Shown here one piece after another: positions 44,814 through 55,092 of a DNA stretch of 64,000 nt. Made by a program: the position numbers and the translations under genes. The stretch lies in IMG/VR virus record IMGVR_UViG_3300030329_006583, positions 186,001-250,000 of that record. The stretch is one strand, 5' to 3'. Position 1 is the stretch's first letter; each line of letters opens with the position of its first letter. The notes beneath the pieces are model-generated. The model ran no database searches and was not told where the DNA came from. It worked only from the letters and a program-made list of their open reading frames with translations.

Positions 44814-46424
44814 TTATGTTAAAATTTCTTCATCATCCACAATGGCACAACCCACAGAAAGTAACATCCTCGCAACTGATGATGCATTTTCCAAGGCTGT
44901 TCTCACAACCTTTACGGGATCAATGATTCCTGTTTCAAACATATTTACCCACTCCCCGGTGGCCGCATTATATCCACTATTATAACTTGTTTTTATTGCC
45001 TTTTGCACGACAATTTCTGAACTTCCTCCAGAATTATCTACAATTTGTTTAAGCGGGGCGCAACATGCTTTGGAAACAATGTCAATGCCTACTTTAAAAT
45101 CCTCTGATTCCTTAACAGATTTGCGATTTTTTTTCAAACTGGATGATGCACGAACTAACGCCATACCACCCCCTGATACCACGCCTTCTTCGGAGGCAGC
45201 CTGGGTGGCGTGTAACGCATCTTCTACGCGATCTTTTCTCTCCAGCAATTCTACCTCGGTAGGTGCACCCACACGAAGAACAGCAACCCCACCTGCCAAG
45301 CGTTGAATTCTTCTCGCCAAAGCCTCTCTTTCACCCGGGTCAAGGGTCATATCCTCTAAAATAGATTTTACCTCACACAATGCCTGTTTCCGAGATTCTT
45401 CACTGCCCCCTACGCCCACAAACACAGTGCGATGTTTATAACACAAAACCTTCTTACATTTTCCTAAATCATTTAATTCGATTTTCTGTAATGACTCAGG
45501 ATCAGCTGTCACCACTGGCTCACAATCCAACATTACCCCCATATCACGTATAGCAGCAACTCGAGATTCACCAAATTCCGGAGCTCGAATAGCACATACA
45601 TTCAAAGTACCTTTCATTCGATTTAAAACCAGGCCTTGCAATGCCTCCCCATCCACATCATCTGCCACAATGAGTAGAGAACGCTGTTGGCGACTTACTT
45701 TTTCTAATATAGGCAGAATCTCCTGTAAGGATGTAAGTTTCTTATTGATAAGCAAAACGGCGGGATTTTCCAAAACTGCTGCCATTTTATCCTGATCAGT
45801 CACAAAATAAGGGGAAAGAAAACCGCGATCTAATTCTAAACCCTCCACCACATCCAAGCTAGTTTGAAACCCCTTGGCTTCCTCCACAGTAATAATACCA
45901 TCTTTCCCAACCTGTTTCATGGCCGAAGCGATTAATTCACCAATGGAATCCTCTCCATTTGCTGAGATTGTACCTACCTGCGCAATTTCTTCCATGCTGG
46001 TAATGGGATTTGCCATTTCATGCAATTCACTAATAACATACTTTACCCCATATTCCATTCCCTTTTGAAGCTCTGCCGAAGAATAACCTGCAGCTAGCAT
46101 CTTTAAACCTTCGGAAAACATAGTCTGGGCAAGGACGGTAGCAGTTGTGGTACCATCCCCGGCAACATCCGCAGTGCGAGAAGAAGCTTCCTTCACCATC
46201 TGCACCCCTAAATTCCTAAACTTATCACGCAAATTAATGGATTTAGCAACTGTTACCCCATCCTTGGTCAAATGCGGCATCATTCCGGGGCGTTCAATAA
46301 TAACATTCTGCCCTTTTGGCCCCATGGTAACCTTAACAGCATTGGCCAAAATATTGACCCCGTCAACCAATTCTGACCGGGCTGTTTCATCAAATTTTAA
46401 AGTTTTAAATTCTGTATCGTGCAT
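44814..46424 (-). CDS. groL: chaperonin GroEL
   Basis: VKVTMGPKGQNV, TKDGVTVA, AGDGTTTA, KLAGG-like RLAGGVAV, GIIDP.KV; no GGM tail. Confidence 0.95.
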   Translation of the reverse strand: MHDTEFKTLKFDETARSELVDGVNILANAVKVTMGPKGQNVIIERPGMMPHLTKDGVTVAKSINLRDKFRNLGVQMVKEASSRTADVAGDGTTTATVLAQTMFSEGLKMLAAGYSSAELQKGMEYGVKYVISELHEMANPITSMEEIAQVGTISANGEDSIGELIASAMKQVGKDGIITVEEAKGFQTSLDVVEGLELDRGFLSPYFVTDQDKMAAVLENPAVLLINKKLTSLQEILPILEKVSRQQRSLLIVADDVDGEALQGLVLNRMKGTLNVCAIRAPEFGESRVAAIRDMGVMLDCEPVVTADPESLQKIELNDLGKCKKVLCYKHRTVFVGVGGSEESRKQALCEVKSILEDMTLDPGEREALARRIQRLAGGVAVLRVGAPTEVELLERKDRVEDALHATQAASEEGVVSGGGMALVRASSSLKKNRKSVKESEDFKVGIDIVSKACCAPLKQIVDNSGGSSEIVVQKAIKTSYNSGYNAATGEWVNMFETGIIDPVKVVRTALENASSVARMLLSVGCAIVDDEEILT

Positions 46425-46609
46425 TATCCCTTCAACACCCTTTTATTTCCTTCGCTTAATAACCCACGAGTATCTAAAACCCTGCGTTCTTTTGTCACAA
46501 CATTTTCAGCTACCACAAGATCACCCGATCTCAAAGCCACTTCATCCTGTTGCAACACACCCGCATTTCTCAATTTTATTAACTCATCACTAGTTAAAAC
46601 ATTTTCCAT
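46424..46609 (-). CDS. small hypothetical protein
   Basis: 61 aa; GGAG SD; coupled to groL. Confidence 0.6.
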   Translation of the reverse strand: MENVLTSDELIKLRNAGVLQQDEVALRSGDLVVAENVVTKERRVLDTRGLLSEGNKRVLKG

Positions 46610-46610
46610 A

Positions 46611-47423
46611 TTAAACTCCCGCAGACTGTTCTAATCTTAGAAATGTCTGGTAAAATTTTACCCAAGATTTATCATTTGTAATTGAATCAAATCCAAAATC
46701 CTCAAATTTGCCCTTAAGAGATTCCCACTGCACCATAGGGGTTGAAACCTCAAATCCCCCCAACTCCTCACGCAAATCTGCAAAACCAATCAACGCCTGA
46801 TTTCTCTCAAATATAAGGCGATTTTCGCCTTTTGCAAGTAGTTCCTGTAACTTTTCAGGCTCTTTCATCAATGCTTGGGCACGTTTATCACCAATCCCCT
46901 TAATCCCCTTGATGTTATCGGCCCCGTCACCACGCAATGATTTCCATGTTACATAATCATACCCAGGATGATCTAATACCTTTTTTCGCACAGGATTGTA
47001 AATCTTGACATTGGCGTGAGTATTATATAGTTGTAGAAAATCTGTATCGCTAGAAACGACTATACAATTATCATTAGCATGTGTATATCTCACCAAATGA
47101 CCCAAAACATCATCACATTCATAATCGGGATGGCGTATTGTGGTAATTGGAAAATATTCTTCCATAAGGTTGATAATTGTTTTTTTCTGGCGTTGAAATG
47201 AATCGTCGTAAGTCCTGTCACGAGTGCCTTTATAATCGGGTGCCATTTCATATCTGTGTTTGGGATATCCTTCCAACACAAAATATGCTTTATCGGGATT
47301 AAATTTTTCAATCAAAGGCCGAAGGGAACGAAAAAAACCAAAGACAGTAGCATTATCCCCTTTCATAAACCCATAACGAGCACGATGAATGAGATTATAC
47401 CCATCCAAAAACAAGACTTGCAT
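46611..47423 (-). CDS. 5'-3' exonuclease / flap endonuclease (Pol I N-terminal or T4 RNase H type)
   Basis: DGYNLIHRA, ECDDVLG, SSDTDFLQL, GDGADNIKGIKGIG. Confidence 0.9.
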   Translation of the reverse strand: MQVLFLDGYNLIHRARYGFMKGDNATVFGFFRSLRPLIEKFNPDKAYFVLEGYPKHRYEMAPDYKGTRDRTYDDSFQRQKKTIINLMEEYFPITTIRHPDYECDDVLGHLVRYTHANDNCIVVSSDTDFLQLYNTHANVKIYNPVRKKVLDHPGYDYVTWKSLRGDGADNIKGIKGIGDKRAQALMKEPEKLQELLAKGENRLIFERNQALIGFADLREELGGFEVSTPMVQWESLKGKFEDFGFDSITNDKSWVKFYQTFLRLEQSAGV

Positions 47424-47431
47424 TGACTCTC

Positions 47432-47890
47432 CTAATTCGTCACTTTTTTTTTATTTATAAAAACATTTTCACCAACTGAAACACCGTCCCCAATTTTAAC
47501 ATTTGCAACAGTGCCATCATCCAATACAACTTTCACGGCTGTATCGTCACCTGATATTAACGGAGTTAGCTCTTCTGGGGTAGGGATGGGGTGTTCTGTT
47601 GGAAAATGTGTATGAGCCAACTCCACCGCTTGTTGGGTCATTTCGGTAATGGCGATATCGGCATTTTGGCGCAATTGTGCCTGAACTTCGTCAATAGTGG
47701 AATATATTTCGGAACCCAATCTACCCAAATCTATAGATTCATCCCTTCCTGGAACATTTACCAGATATTGAATAGACTCACCATCAACAGATCTGCGAAC
47801 AATTTGCTCTACTATTTTAACCGGTATGACGCGTTGTTTTTTAGTAAAAATAACGTAAACGACTTGCCCAACTTGATACATAAATCTCAC
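47432..47890 (-). CDS. hypothetical protein
   Basis: 152-aa ORF. Confidence 0.6.
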   Translation of the reverse strand: MRFMYQVGQVVYVIFTKKQRVIPVKIVEQIVRRSVDGESIQYLVNVPGRDESIDLGRLGSEIYSTIDEVQAQLRQNADIAITEMTQQAVELAHTHFPTEHPIPTPEELTPLISGDDTAVKVVLDDGTVANVKIGDGVSVGENVFINKKKVTN

Positions 47891-47937
47891 CTTCCTGGAT
47901 AATATTATCTAGAAAGACGAACATTTATAAAATAATA

Positions 47938-48270
47938 TTACATAAACCCGGGACCGGCAAAGCCTAATGTAGGTTGCCATTTTTTAGATGGGGTTTGGGT
48001 TGCCTGTGGCTGAGAGGGCCTCTGGAATCCAGGACCGGCAAAACCCATCGTGGTCGACAGATTGCCGTTAGCGAAACCGGTGTTAATTTGCTGCGCCTTT
48101 TGTTCGCGCAAATAAGCCGCTATTTCCTCCCGGATGATGCGCCGGATCTTCTCCTCAGCCAACAGGTCTTGAGTGGACTCAGTTACAACTTGCGGGGTGG
48201 ATTCCACCATGACGTCATTCTGAGATTTAATTCCTGACAAGACTTGCATACGTTCAACATTATATTTCAT
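47938..48270 (-). CDS. hypothetical protein with an internal leader-like helix and a duplicated LGFAGPGF motif
   Basis: ERMQVLSGI; KIRRIIREE; (M/L)GFAGPGF twice. Confidence 0.65.
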   Translation of the reverse strand: MKYNVERMQVLSGIKSQNDVMVESTPQVVTESTQDLLAEEKIRRIIREEIAAYLREQKAQQINTGFANGNLSTTMGFAGPGFQRPSQPQATQTPSKKWQPTLGFAGPGFM

Positions 48271-48306
48271 GTCGTTTCTCCTTACAAACCATATATATCA
48301 CGTTCT

Positions 48307-48960
48307 TTAAGAAATTGATTCCAATTCAAAACTATATTTTGTTGGAGAATGCACCCAATATTGGATACGTTCCCTGAGCTTTTGTTTTTGTTTCTCTGTT
48401 TTGGCATGTTGCAACTTAATCCTTAGCTTATTCAGGTTAATATCATTGATATTAATTGCCTCCCCCACCAAAACACTGCATTTCTGCATACCCCTGTGCT
48501 TAGCCATGGCTACTTTCCCCCGGGAACCATTGGATACCTCCCGAAAATCCTCGGTTGTGAGATCCTTAAAATGAAGCACGGCAAACTTCATGAAATCTAT
48601 GTCAGCAATAATATAAAGATAATCCAGCGAACCTTTTTGATGAAGGGTTTGATAATCAGATTGAAAACTAATTGCCCCACCTTTATGACGACTAGTTAAC
48701 TTACATTCCAATTCTTTATCAATAGAAGGGATTACAATATCAGGTTGTCCGGTTCTCCCATCCTCATGTGCATCCGGATAGTGTTCCTTAAGAGCCTGGG
48801 CAAAGAATGCCTCCTGAGCCTGTGACATTACAATATTACGCCTGCCAAGATTATCCAAAAGATCCATGTTGTGACGTTCATATAACGACACCGCCTCTTG
48901 GTGAAAATTTTTCATTTTAGTCAAAGCTGATAGTGCCATTTCCCGTGTAACATAACCCAT
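48307..48960 (-). CDS. PD-(D/E)xK restriction-endonuclease-like protein
   Basis: GQPDIV...ELECKLT. Confidence 0.6.
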   Translation of the reverse strand: MGYVTREMALSALTKMKNFHQEAVSLYERHNMDLLDNLGRRNIVMSQAQEAFFAQALKEHYPDAHEDGRTGQPDIVIPSIDKELECKLTSRHKGGAISFQSDYQTLHQKGSLDYLYIIADIDFMKFAVLHFKDLTTEDFREVSNGSRGKVAMAKHRGMQKCSVLVGEAININDINLNKLRIKLQHAKTEKQKQKLRERIQYWVHSPTKYSFELESIS

Positions 48961-48985
48961 CTAGACCTCCGTTGTAGACCTAAAA

Positions 48986-49013
48986 ATTATACCACATATG
49001 GGGCATAATTACA
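48986..49013 (-). promoter_or_regulatory. recurring promoter motif
   Basis: GTGTAAT-N15-TATAAT with TGG before the -10. Confidence 0.55.
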
Positions 49014-49026
49014 CGGGAATAACGAA

Positions 49027-49383
49027 TTATTTTTGAGGATTATAACCTAGCTTTTCTCGAACAGATTGGGTAATTTCTTTACCTTTTGCAGCTGCTTCAG
49101 CAAAGGGACCTAGGCCTAGAACCCACCGAACATTATCGTATTCTATCGGTGTCAGCCCCTTTTTTAAGGCATCCATATCACAATATTGATGCAAGGTAAT
49201 TTCGGTGACAGGAAGATCTTCGCCTTGGGGGCCGGGTTCAATCTCACCTGTTTCCCTAGATTCAAAAACATATAAAACCTTTGGCATTTTCTCAGTATCA
49301 GGTACATTAATAAAAGGGATCTTTGAAGTCAATCCCTCTTCCGACTCTTCATATAATATTTCCGGAACCCATTGTTCACTCAT
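49027..49383 (-). CDS. hypothetical protein
   Basis: 118 aa; GGAGGA SD. Confidence 0.65.
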   Translation of the reverse strand: MSEQWVPEILYEESEEGLTSKIPFINVPDTEKMPKVLYVFESRETGEIEPGPQGEDLPVTEITLHQYCDMDALKKGLTPIEYDNVRWVLGLGPFAEAAAKGKEITQSVREKLGYNPQK

Positions 49384-49444
49384 AGATTAAATCCTCCTTA
49401 CAACCTATTATTTTAAAATTATCTTTTAATGTAAAAATTTTAAT

Positions 49445-49636
49445 TTAGTCGTGAAAATCTTCCGTATAAATGAAGGCAACCTTATTAATGACATAATGAA
49501 TATCTCCCCGTGGGCCCCACTTAAAAAATGGTATCATTCCACGTAACATCACACATATTCCGCTACCCATTAAAAACAGTCCCACCTTACAATGCAGTTT
49601 TAACTTTTTATAATATTCATTCATGGGGATGCTCAT
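49445..49636 (-). CDS. small hypothetical protein
   Basis: 63 aa; overlaps the upstream stop. Confidence 0.45.
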   Translation of the reverse strand: MSIPMNEYYKKLKLHCKVGLFLMGSGICVMLRGMIPFFKWGPRGDIHYVINKVAFIYTEDFHD

Positions 49637-50856
49637 TTTTTCTTGAGATCATATGAATTTCTGAAATCATTTAAAACATCTAACAATGTTTTGCCTTGTG
49701 CTGTTTTGGCCAATGATCCCTCGTCAATCCCAAATTCTGCCTGTAAAGCCGCTAATTCTTCCTGTAACGATGATTGTAAATTCATCAGGGAATCCTGAAG
49801 TTGTTGACGCGTAGTATCTGTCGATTGTTGAAAGATTTTTTCAGCAGCGGATTTAAGTAATTCATCCTCATTAACATCGGGTAATGCCTCGTCGGGATTA
49901 AGTTTTTTACCTTCTTCTTGTGCTAGCGCCCTAATTAATTCATCTCGTTGTTCCGGATTACTTAAAAATTCCTTAGCGGATTTTTCCAGTGAAGAACGTA
50001 ATGTATTTGGGTTTGCGCCCCCCAGATCCATGCCTGCCTTGGAAGCCTTTTGGAGCCCTTCTATATATTCATCCAGAGTTTTGCTATTCATCATTTCACC
50101 TATAAGTTGCCTTGAAGGCATATAAATTTCATCTAAATTTTCCAATGCATCCCTAAAACCCTCAAGGAGCTGATCAGAAGCATCCTTGAATTCGTCCAGG
50201 ATACCCATTTCTTCCATCACATCGATGATGTCAGATTGCGATATTGCACCCCCTTGTTCCAGCAAGAGATCGTTGGTTGGATAATAAGATTCTGCCACCC
50301 CAAAAAAGAACACTTTTTTTAGTGCATTAAATGCAGTTCCTATTAAACCGGTTGGATCCTTTATTTTATCTCCGCTCTCCGCGGATTCTTTTTCAGAAGG
50401 TTTACCAAATCCAGCCTCACCAAAAAAATCTCTCACAGCATCTTTGGAATCCCAGCCTTGTTGAAGTGCCGACGCCGCCAAATACCCACCTGGATTCAAT
50501 AAAAACGCTGCTAATTTAAGATCCTCTGTATCAGCGCCTAATTTTTGGCGCAAATCAGCATGTTCCTGTTTAAGGGTTTTCACCCTTTCCTTGTAATTGG
50601 TTCTTAATTCCTTTAATTTTTTAGGATCAATAGTAACCAAAACATCAAATAAAAATTTAGTGGAAGTTAGTACATCCTTAAACCCCAGCTTAGCTGCCTT
50701 GAATACATCGCTAAAAGGTTCAACAAAAATTTTACTAAATTCGCTGGTTGACATTGCAGCAAATTCATCTTCCCTCAACAGAACCTTGGCATCTGTTTCG
50801 TGTAAGATATTGCGAATATATTTTCTTACCAACTTTTCCTGGGTAATTGCTTTCAT
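49633..50856 (-). CDS. helical protein with a type-B leader
   Basis: KLVRKYIRNILHE; 407 aa. Confidence 0.7.
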   Translation of the reverse strand: MKAITQEKLVRKYIRNILHETDAKVLLREDEFAAMSTSEFSKIFVEPFSDVFKAAKLGFKDVLTSTKFLFDVLVTIDPKKLKELRTNYKERVKTLKQEHADLRQKLGADTEDLKLAAFLLNPGGYLAASALQQGWDSKDAVRDFFGEAGFGKPSEKESAESGDKIKDPTGLIGTAFNALKKVFFFGVAESYYPTNDLLLEQGGAISQSDIIDVMEEMGILDEFKDASDQLLEGFRDALENLDEIYMPSRQLIGEMMNSKTLDEYIEGLQKASKAGMDLGGANPNTLRSSLEKSAKEFLSNPEQRDELIRALAQEEGKKLNPDEALPDVNEDELLKSAAEKIFQQSTDTTRQQLQDSLMNLQSSLQEELAALQAEFGIDEGSLAKTAQGKTLLDVLNDFRNSYDLKKK

Positions 50857-51089
50857 TCAGGTAACCTCAATTTTTTCTTGGCTTCATTTTCATAATATTG
50901 TATCACCTCTCTTTCAAACGCATTCAACACCTGCTTTTTTGTATAGGGATCGCGCGTTGAAAACAAGGTCCTCAATTTAGGTGACAATGATTTTAATAAA
51001 TATTTCTTTACCATCATCCAATCATCAAAAAATAGTCGATGGGATATCATTATATCCAATTCTTTGATAACTTGTGATGGAATATCCAT
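50853..51089 (-). CDS. hypothetical protein
   Basis: 78 aa; AAGGA SD. Confidence 0.6.
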   Translation of the reverse strand: MDIPSQVIKELDIMISHRLFFDDWMMVKKYLLKSLSPKLRTLFSTRDPYTKKQVLNAFEREVIQYYENEAKKKLRLPE

Positions 51090-51191
51090 AATAAATCCTT
51101 TCTCTAATAATATCTATGTTATAAGAAATTGAAAAACGTTTTTCAACGTTCATTTAAATAAGACGTAAATACACTTCTTAAAGGGGGAAAC

Positions 51192-51617
51192 ATGAGTGTA
51201 GGAGCAGTAGGAGCAGTATCCAGTGGAGGCGGTGCAGCCGCAGCAGGGGCAGGACGCGTGTCTCATGGTGGTGGGGTTAGTAAAGCCGGGGCCAGTGCCG
51301 GGGTAACACCAGCAGGAAATTCTGGTGGCAATAAATCCATATCAATGGGTGATGGAAACATGGTTGGGAATTCCCAAACACAAAACATTACCACACATAA
51401 TCATTTCAACATGGGTTCTCAAGACTTTTGTGCCCTGCACAATATGTCCAATGGCAGTCAGGCCGGCGGTGTACAGGCCATGCAAGGTGGAGAGCAAATG
51501 TCAATGGAAGACATGATGAAGCTTATGATGATGATGATCATGATGAAGCTTATGGAAAAAATGATGGAAGCATTGGGCGGTGGCCAAGGCGGTGGAGCTG
51601 CAATGGCGGGTGGTTAG
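51192..51617 (+). CDS. Gly/Met-rich low-complexity protein
   Basis: GGGGGA SD; MMKLMMMMIMMKLMEKMM; isolated plus-strand gene. Confidence 0.65.
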   Translation: MSVGAVGAVSSGGGAAAAGAGRVSHGGGVSKAGASAGVTPAGNSGGNKSISMGDGNMVGNSQTQNITTHNHFNMGSQDFCALHNMSNGSQAGGVQAMQGGEQMSMEDMMKLMMMMIMMKLMEKMMEALGGGQGGGAAMAGG

Positions 51618-51619
51618 AA

Positions 51620-52225
51620 TTAACCCATTATGATTTGCCGTACATAAGTTCTTAACATATTTTCTTGCATTCCGGGGCAAAGGATGTCACGCACATTCTT
51701 CACATCAACTCCGGCCGGCATTCCTTTCTGAAACGTATCTAGATCACAGATCTCTAAGGCATGGCGCATGGCAGTCCCCGAAATATCTGGGGTTCCCACC
51801 CCACGGGTGACGCTATCCGGATCGTCTTCTGCGACAAATATCACCTTGCCACTCTCATATAAATCTGGAAAATACCTTAGGCGATTAGAGGTAGGGTAGT
51901 TCAAGGCAGTGTCTTCCGGATCCGAATAGACCCTATAGACATCATCACCCAGGGCCTCGTTTGCCCTCTCTAGGGCACTGTAGACCTTTCGAACAGGGGA
52001 ACCACCATACTCTATGGAAACATTACTCGGCATGATTGGCTCTAGCTCTTCTTTCCACACCTGTTCCATAGCGGAGCCTAGGATAGGAAGCTGGCCTTTG
52101 CGCTTACGATCTGAAATGGAAACGTATAGGATCACCTGATCATTTTCTTCTGCGGCCTTAACAACCAGCGCATGGTGACCGGCGTGATAGGGTTTCGCAG
52201 ATACAGGAACCAATCCAATTTTCAT
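51620..52225 (-). CDS. HxGH nucleotidyltransferase (cytidyltransferase/NMNAT-like)
   Basis: KPYHAGHH and ISGTAMR motifs; C-terminal MLRTYVRQII. Confidence 0.75.
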   Translation of the reverse strand: MKIGLVPVSAKPYHAGHHALVVKAAEENDQVILYVSISDRKRKGQLPILGSAMEQVWKEELEPIMPSNVSIEYGGSPVRKVYSALERANEALGDDVYRVYSDPEDTALNYPTSNRLRYFPDLYESGKVIFVAEDDPDSVTRGVGTPDISGTAMRHALEICDLDTFQKGMPAGVDVKNVRDILCPGMQENMLRTYVRQIIMG

Positions 52226-52242
52226 TTAATTTTTCCTTTCAA

Positions 52243-52596
52243 TTAAAATGTATTCAATACCACATGCGCAAACAGGGTCTCAGTTTGAGGATCCCAATAA
52301 AATTGCTTAGGCCCACCGGGCATGCCGGGAGTCAATGATGAAAAGAAATGATCGGCTTGCTCTTGCGGCGGGAGACCTTTCTTAGACGACCACACCTCAT
52401 GCTGATCCGGCTTATAACTTGCCCGCGGGATATTCTGGGTCATTGCCCTAACCTCTTCCACTGTCCCAATCTTAACATCCATCTCTCTTCCGGATGGAGT
52501 TACAATCACAGTGGGGGCGCCCATGAGTTCTGCACTCTGCTCTCGCAAGAGTACTTCACCAATAATTTTCCTGAGTCGATTCTTTGTAATTTTCAC
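52243..52596 (-). CDS. type-A leader protein
   Basis: MKITKNRLRKIIGEVLLRE. Confidence 0.7.
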   Translation of the reverse strand: MKITKNRLRKIIGEVLLREQSAELMGAPTVIVTPSGREMDVKIGTVEEVRAMTQNIPRASYKPDQHEVWSSKKGLPPQEQADHFFSSLTPGMPGGPKQFYWDPQTETLFAHVVLNTF

Positions 52597-52599
52597 TTA

Positions 52600-53754
52600 T
52601 TACACCTTGATTCTATCAATAATTTGGGGGGAGCTCATAGCGAGATCCTTGTATAATTTTTTCATGACAGCCTTGGAGATGTCTCCAATCTCTTGTTTGG
52701 TCGCCTTGTCCTTTAAGATCTTCTTCACTTCATCCTGGATTGTCTTCACAAAGTTGGTACCCACCACCTTGTCAATCTCTTTTTTTGCTTGCTTACGGGC
52801 GATTTTCTCGATCTCTTTCTTATCGGTTTTGGTGAGCTCTTCAAATAATAAGGATTCACGTACTAATGCACCTATAATATCCTTAATCTCACTTATTTCA
52901 GGTGACGAAGTTGAAGATAAAAATTGATACAAGCAAGCAAATGGATTGATCTTCCCAGCGCCCTCCATGGATTCCCCGGCCAAGGCTGAAAAAGAAGAAT
53001 TAGGGGGATTAAAAGTTGTTATTTTTAATTCAGGTTGAATTTCATAAAACTGACTACGAGTCGAGACCCTGATCTTAAAATTTCCCGAACCAGCCACCAT
53101 GGGAATGCTGGAATTTAAACCACAGAATTCCAAGGCACCTTTAAGGCCCAAAGGATCTTGATCGCCAATTGTATAAAAATCATCCCCGGCCTGAAGATAG
53201 TGGGCAGCGGCCGCCTTACCGATAAGATAATGCTGGGTTATAAGATTACCTACATCCACATTTTCTTCGTTAACAAAATAACGGCTCCCTCTTTCGTTAA
53301 CGAAATTTCTCATCACCTCTAGAGGAACCGCCGCCGGATCCTTTAAGCCACCTTTGGTTGTGGGAATCTTGATAATGGTGTCCGGAGATACACCCATATA
53401 TACCTTGAGGTCATCAATAAATTGTGATGCAGTAGATGAATTATTCGCTAAATCCACAGCGGCATCTGCCACGGGTGATGTAGCATTAGAAGCCCAGGTC
53501 GAACCGTCATAATAAATTCGAGGATTGGCTAAGTTGTCTTTGTGGCCCATTTTAACTTCTACGTAAGTGGATCCCACTCCAGGAACCTCTACCAAAACAT
53601 CCGGATATCTTACATCTCCGCCAGCTGCAGAAGCCTTAAATATTTCACGACCTGCATTATTAATTGCGCCGGCGACCTCGGCCTCAAAAGCATCAGAGGC
53701 TTTAGATTCCATTAATAGCACTTGAACCCATTTACGCAATAAACGATCATTCAT
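52600..53754 (-). CDS. PD-(D/E)xK nuclease-like protein with a type-B leader
   Basis: RLLRKWVQVLLME; FEAEVA...YPDV...YVEVK. Confidence 0.55.
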   Translation of the reverse strand: MNDRLLRKWVQVLLMESKASDAFEAEVAGAINNAGREIFKASAAGGDVRYPDVLVEVPGVGSTYVEVKMGHKDNLANPRIYYDGSTWASNATSPVADAAVDLANNSSTASQFIDDLKVYMGVSPDTIIKIPTTKGGLKDPAAVPLEVMRNFVNERGSRYFVNEENVDVGNLITQHYLIGKAAAAHYLQAGDDFYTIGDQDPLGLKGALEFCGLNSSIPMVAGSGNFKIRVSTRSQFYEIQPELKITTFNPPNSSFSALAGESMEGAGKINPFACLYQFLSSTSSPEISEIKDIIGALVRESLLFEELTKTDKKEIEKIARKQAKKEIDKVVGTNFVKTIQDEVKKILKDKATKQEIGDISKAVMKKLYKDLAMSSPQIIDRIKV

Positions 53755-55040
53755 CCCATTCCACCCACAAATTCCCTTACATAATTACGGAGGAGCGACT
53801 CATTTTGACTCTTGGGAATGCGCATTGCAGCACCGATGATCTGGTTGAGGGGTGCAAAGGCCCCTGTGAGCTTGTAAAGTGCCTTGCTTCCAGGAGGATG
53901 TTCGAACACGATCCCCTCCATGCTGGAAGTGATGTTCTCGGATGATCCCAATTTGCCCAACTGTTTCTCCAACATCTTGCGTCTATCATCAGCCTTGGCA
54001 TCCCGCGCAGATGCAATCGCTTTCTTGGCGGATTCCAGCTCATCCTTAAGCCGATTCAATTCCTCGTCATGGCCACCGGTTAACGCCGAAGCCAATCCTG
54101 CCAACACCTCAACAGACATATCATGAATAATTATCTCCACCGGAGACAAAATGGTACCCAAGGCTTTCATCGCATTGGCCTGAGTACCGAGGGCACTAAT
54201 GCTTTTCTGCACGTCCTTCGGAAGATCTTTCTTGATATCAGCGATGGGAGGTAGGTCTTTGGATTCCATCCCTTGCCCAATCCCCATGATTCTCTTGATC
54301 AGCGTCTCTTGTTTGTGAACCGGAATTGGCAGGTCTCCGACCAAACCCGTTCGTAGTTTTTCCTCAGCATAATCGCCCAGCGTCATGTTATCTGTAACGC
54401 CTAACCCATCAAGTCGACTCGCAAGAGTATCATATAGCTCGGTACCGCTTAGGTCCTGCAGTTCTATCACCTGCGGACCAATCATCTTCCAGGTCTCATC
54501 ATCCAGATCTACCTGGGAATCATCAATGGCCTGCACAAGCTTACCGAACTCACCACCGTTCAATTGGACGTCAGCCAGTTTACCAGCTTCATCAAACTCC
54601 TGAAGGTTGTGCATGACGATGTAGTCACCACCGTAATTGATGACATTGGGCTTACCCGTATAGATAATCTCAGCGTTGATGAAACGTTGACCGCCGGACT
54701 CAAAGATCTCTTCCAGCTCCATGGGACTCAGTCGACCCAATCCCCGTTCAATAGCTGCAAACCCATTCATAAAAGCGCCTTTTGCGGGATGACCTTCCCA
54801 TTTGGCAGTGAACTCAGCGGGGTTCATCCCACCCTTGAGTAGATCACCCTTATTCCGAGCTGTTCGAATATTGCCTGTTTTGGGATCAATCTTAAACGCA
54901 AAGAAGATGTTTTGGCCATCAACCTTTTCAACCACCGGCATATCACCCCTAATCACCTTTTGGAGCACACCTTTCAATTCCCCAAAGGTAATATCCAGGT
55001 TTTCTTGTAAATGATTTAGATGACCTGCTAGCGCTCCCAT
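53751..55040 (-). CDS. ATP-dependent ligase / covalent nucleotidyltransferase-like protein
   Basis: VEKVDGQN (motif I), NAEII (III), EGIVF (IV), LYKLTG (V). Confidence 0.55.
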   Translation of the reverse strand: MGALAGHLNHLQENLDITFGELKGVLQKVIRGDMPVVEKVDGQNIFFAFKIDPKTGNIRTARNKGDLLKGGMNPAEFTAKWEGHPAKGAFMNGFAAIERGLGRLSPMELEEIFESGGQRFINAEIIYTGKPNVINYGGDYIVMHNLQEFDEAGKLADVQLNGGEFGKLVQAIDDSQVDLDDETWKMIGPQVIELQDLSGTELYDTLASRLDGLGVTDNMTLGDYAEEKLRTGLVGDLPIPVHKQETLIKRIMGIGQGMESKDLPPIADIKKDLPKDVQKSISALGTQANAMKALGTILSPVEIIIHDMSVEVLAGLASALTGGHDEELNRLKDELESAKKAIASARDAKADDRRKMLEKQLGKLGSSENITSSMEGIVFEHPPGSKALYKLTGAFAPLNQIIGAAMRIPKSQNESLLRNYVREFVGGMG

Positions 55041-55063
55041 GTAACCTCCTATATTACATAGAT

Positions 55064-55092
55064 ATTATACCATATCTCATGTAATTTTGCAT
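55064..55092 (-). promoter_or_regulatory. recurring promoter motif
   Basis: ATGCAAA-N16-TATAAT with TGG before the -10. Confidence 0.6.
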
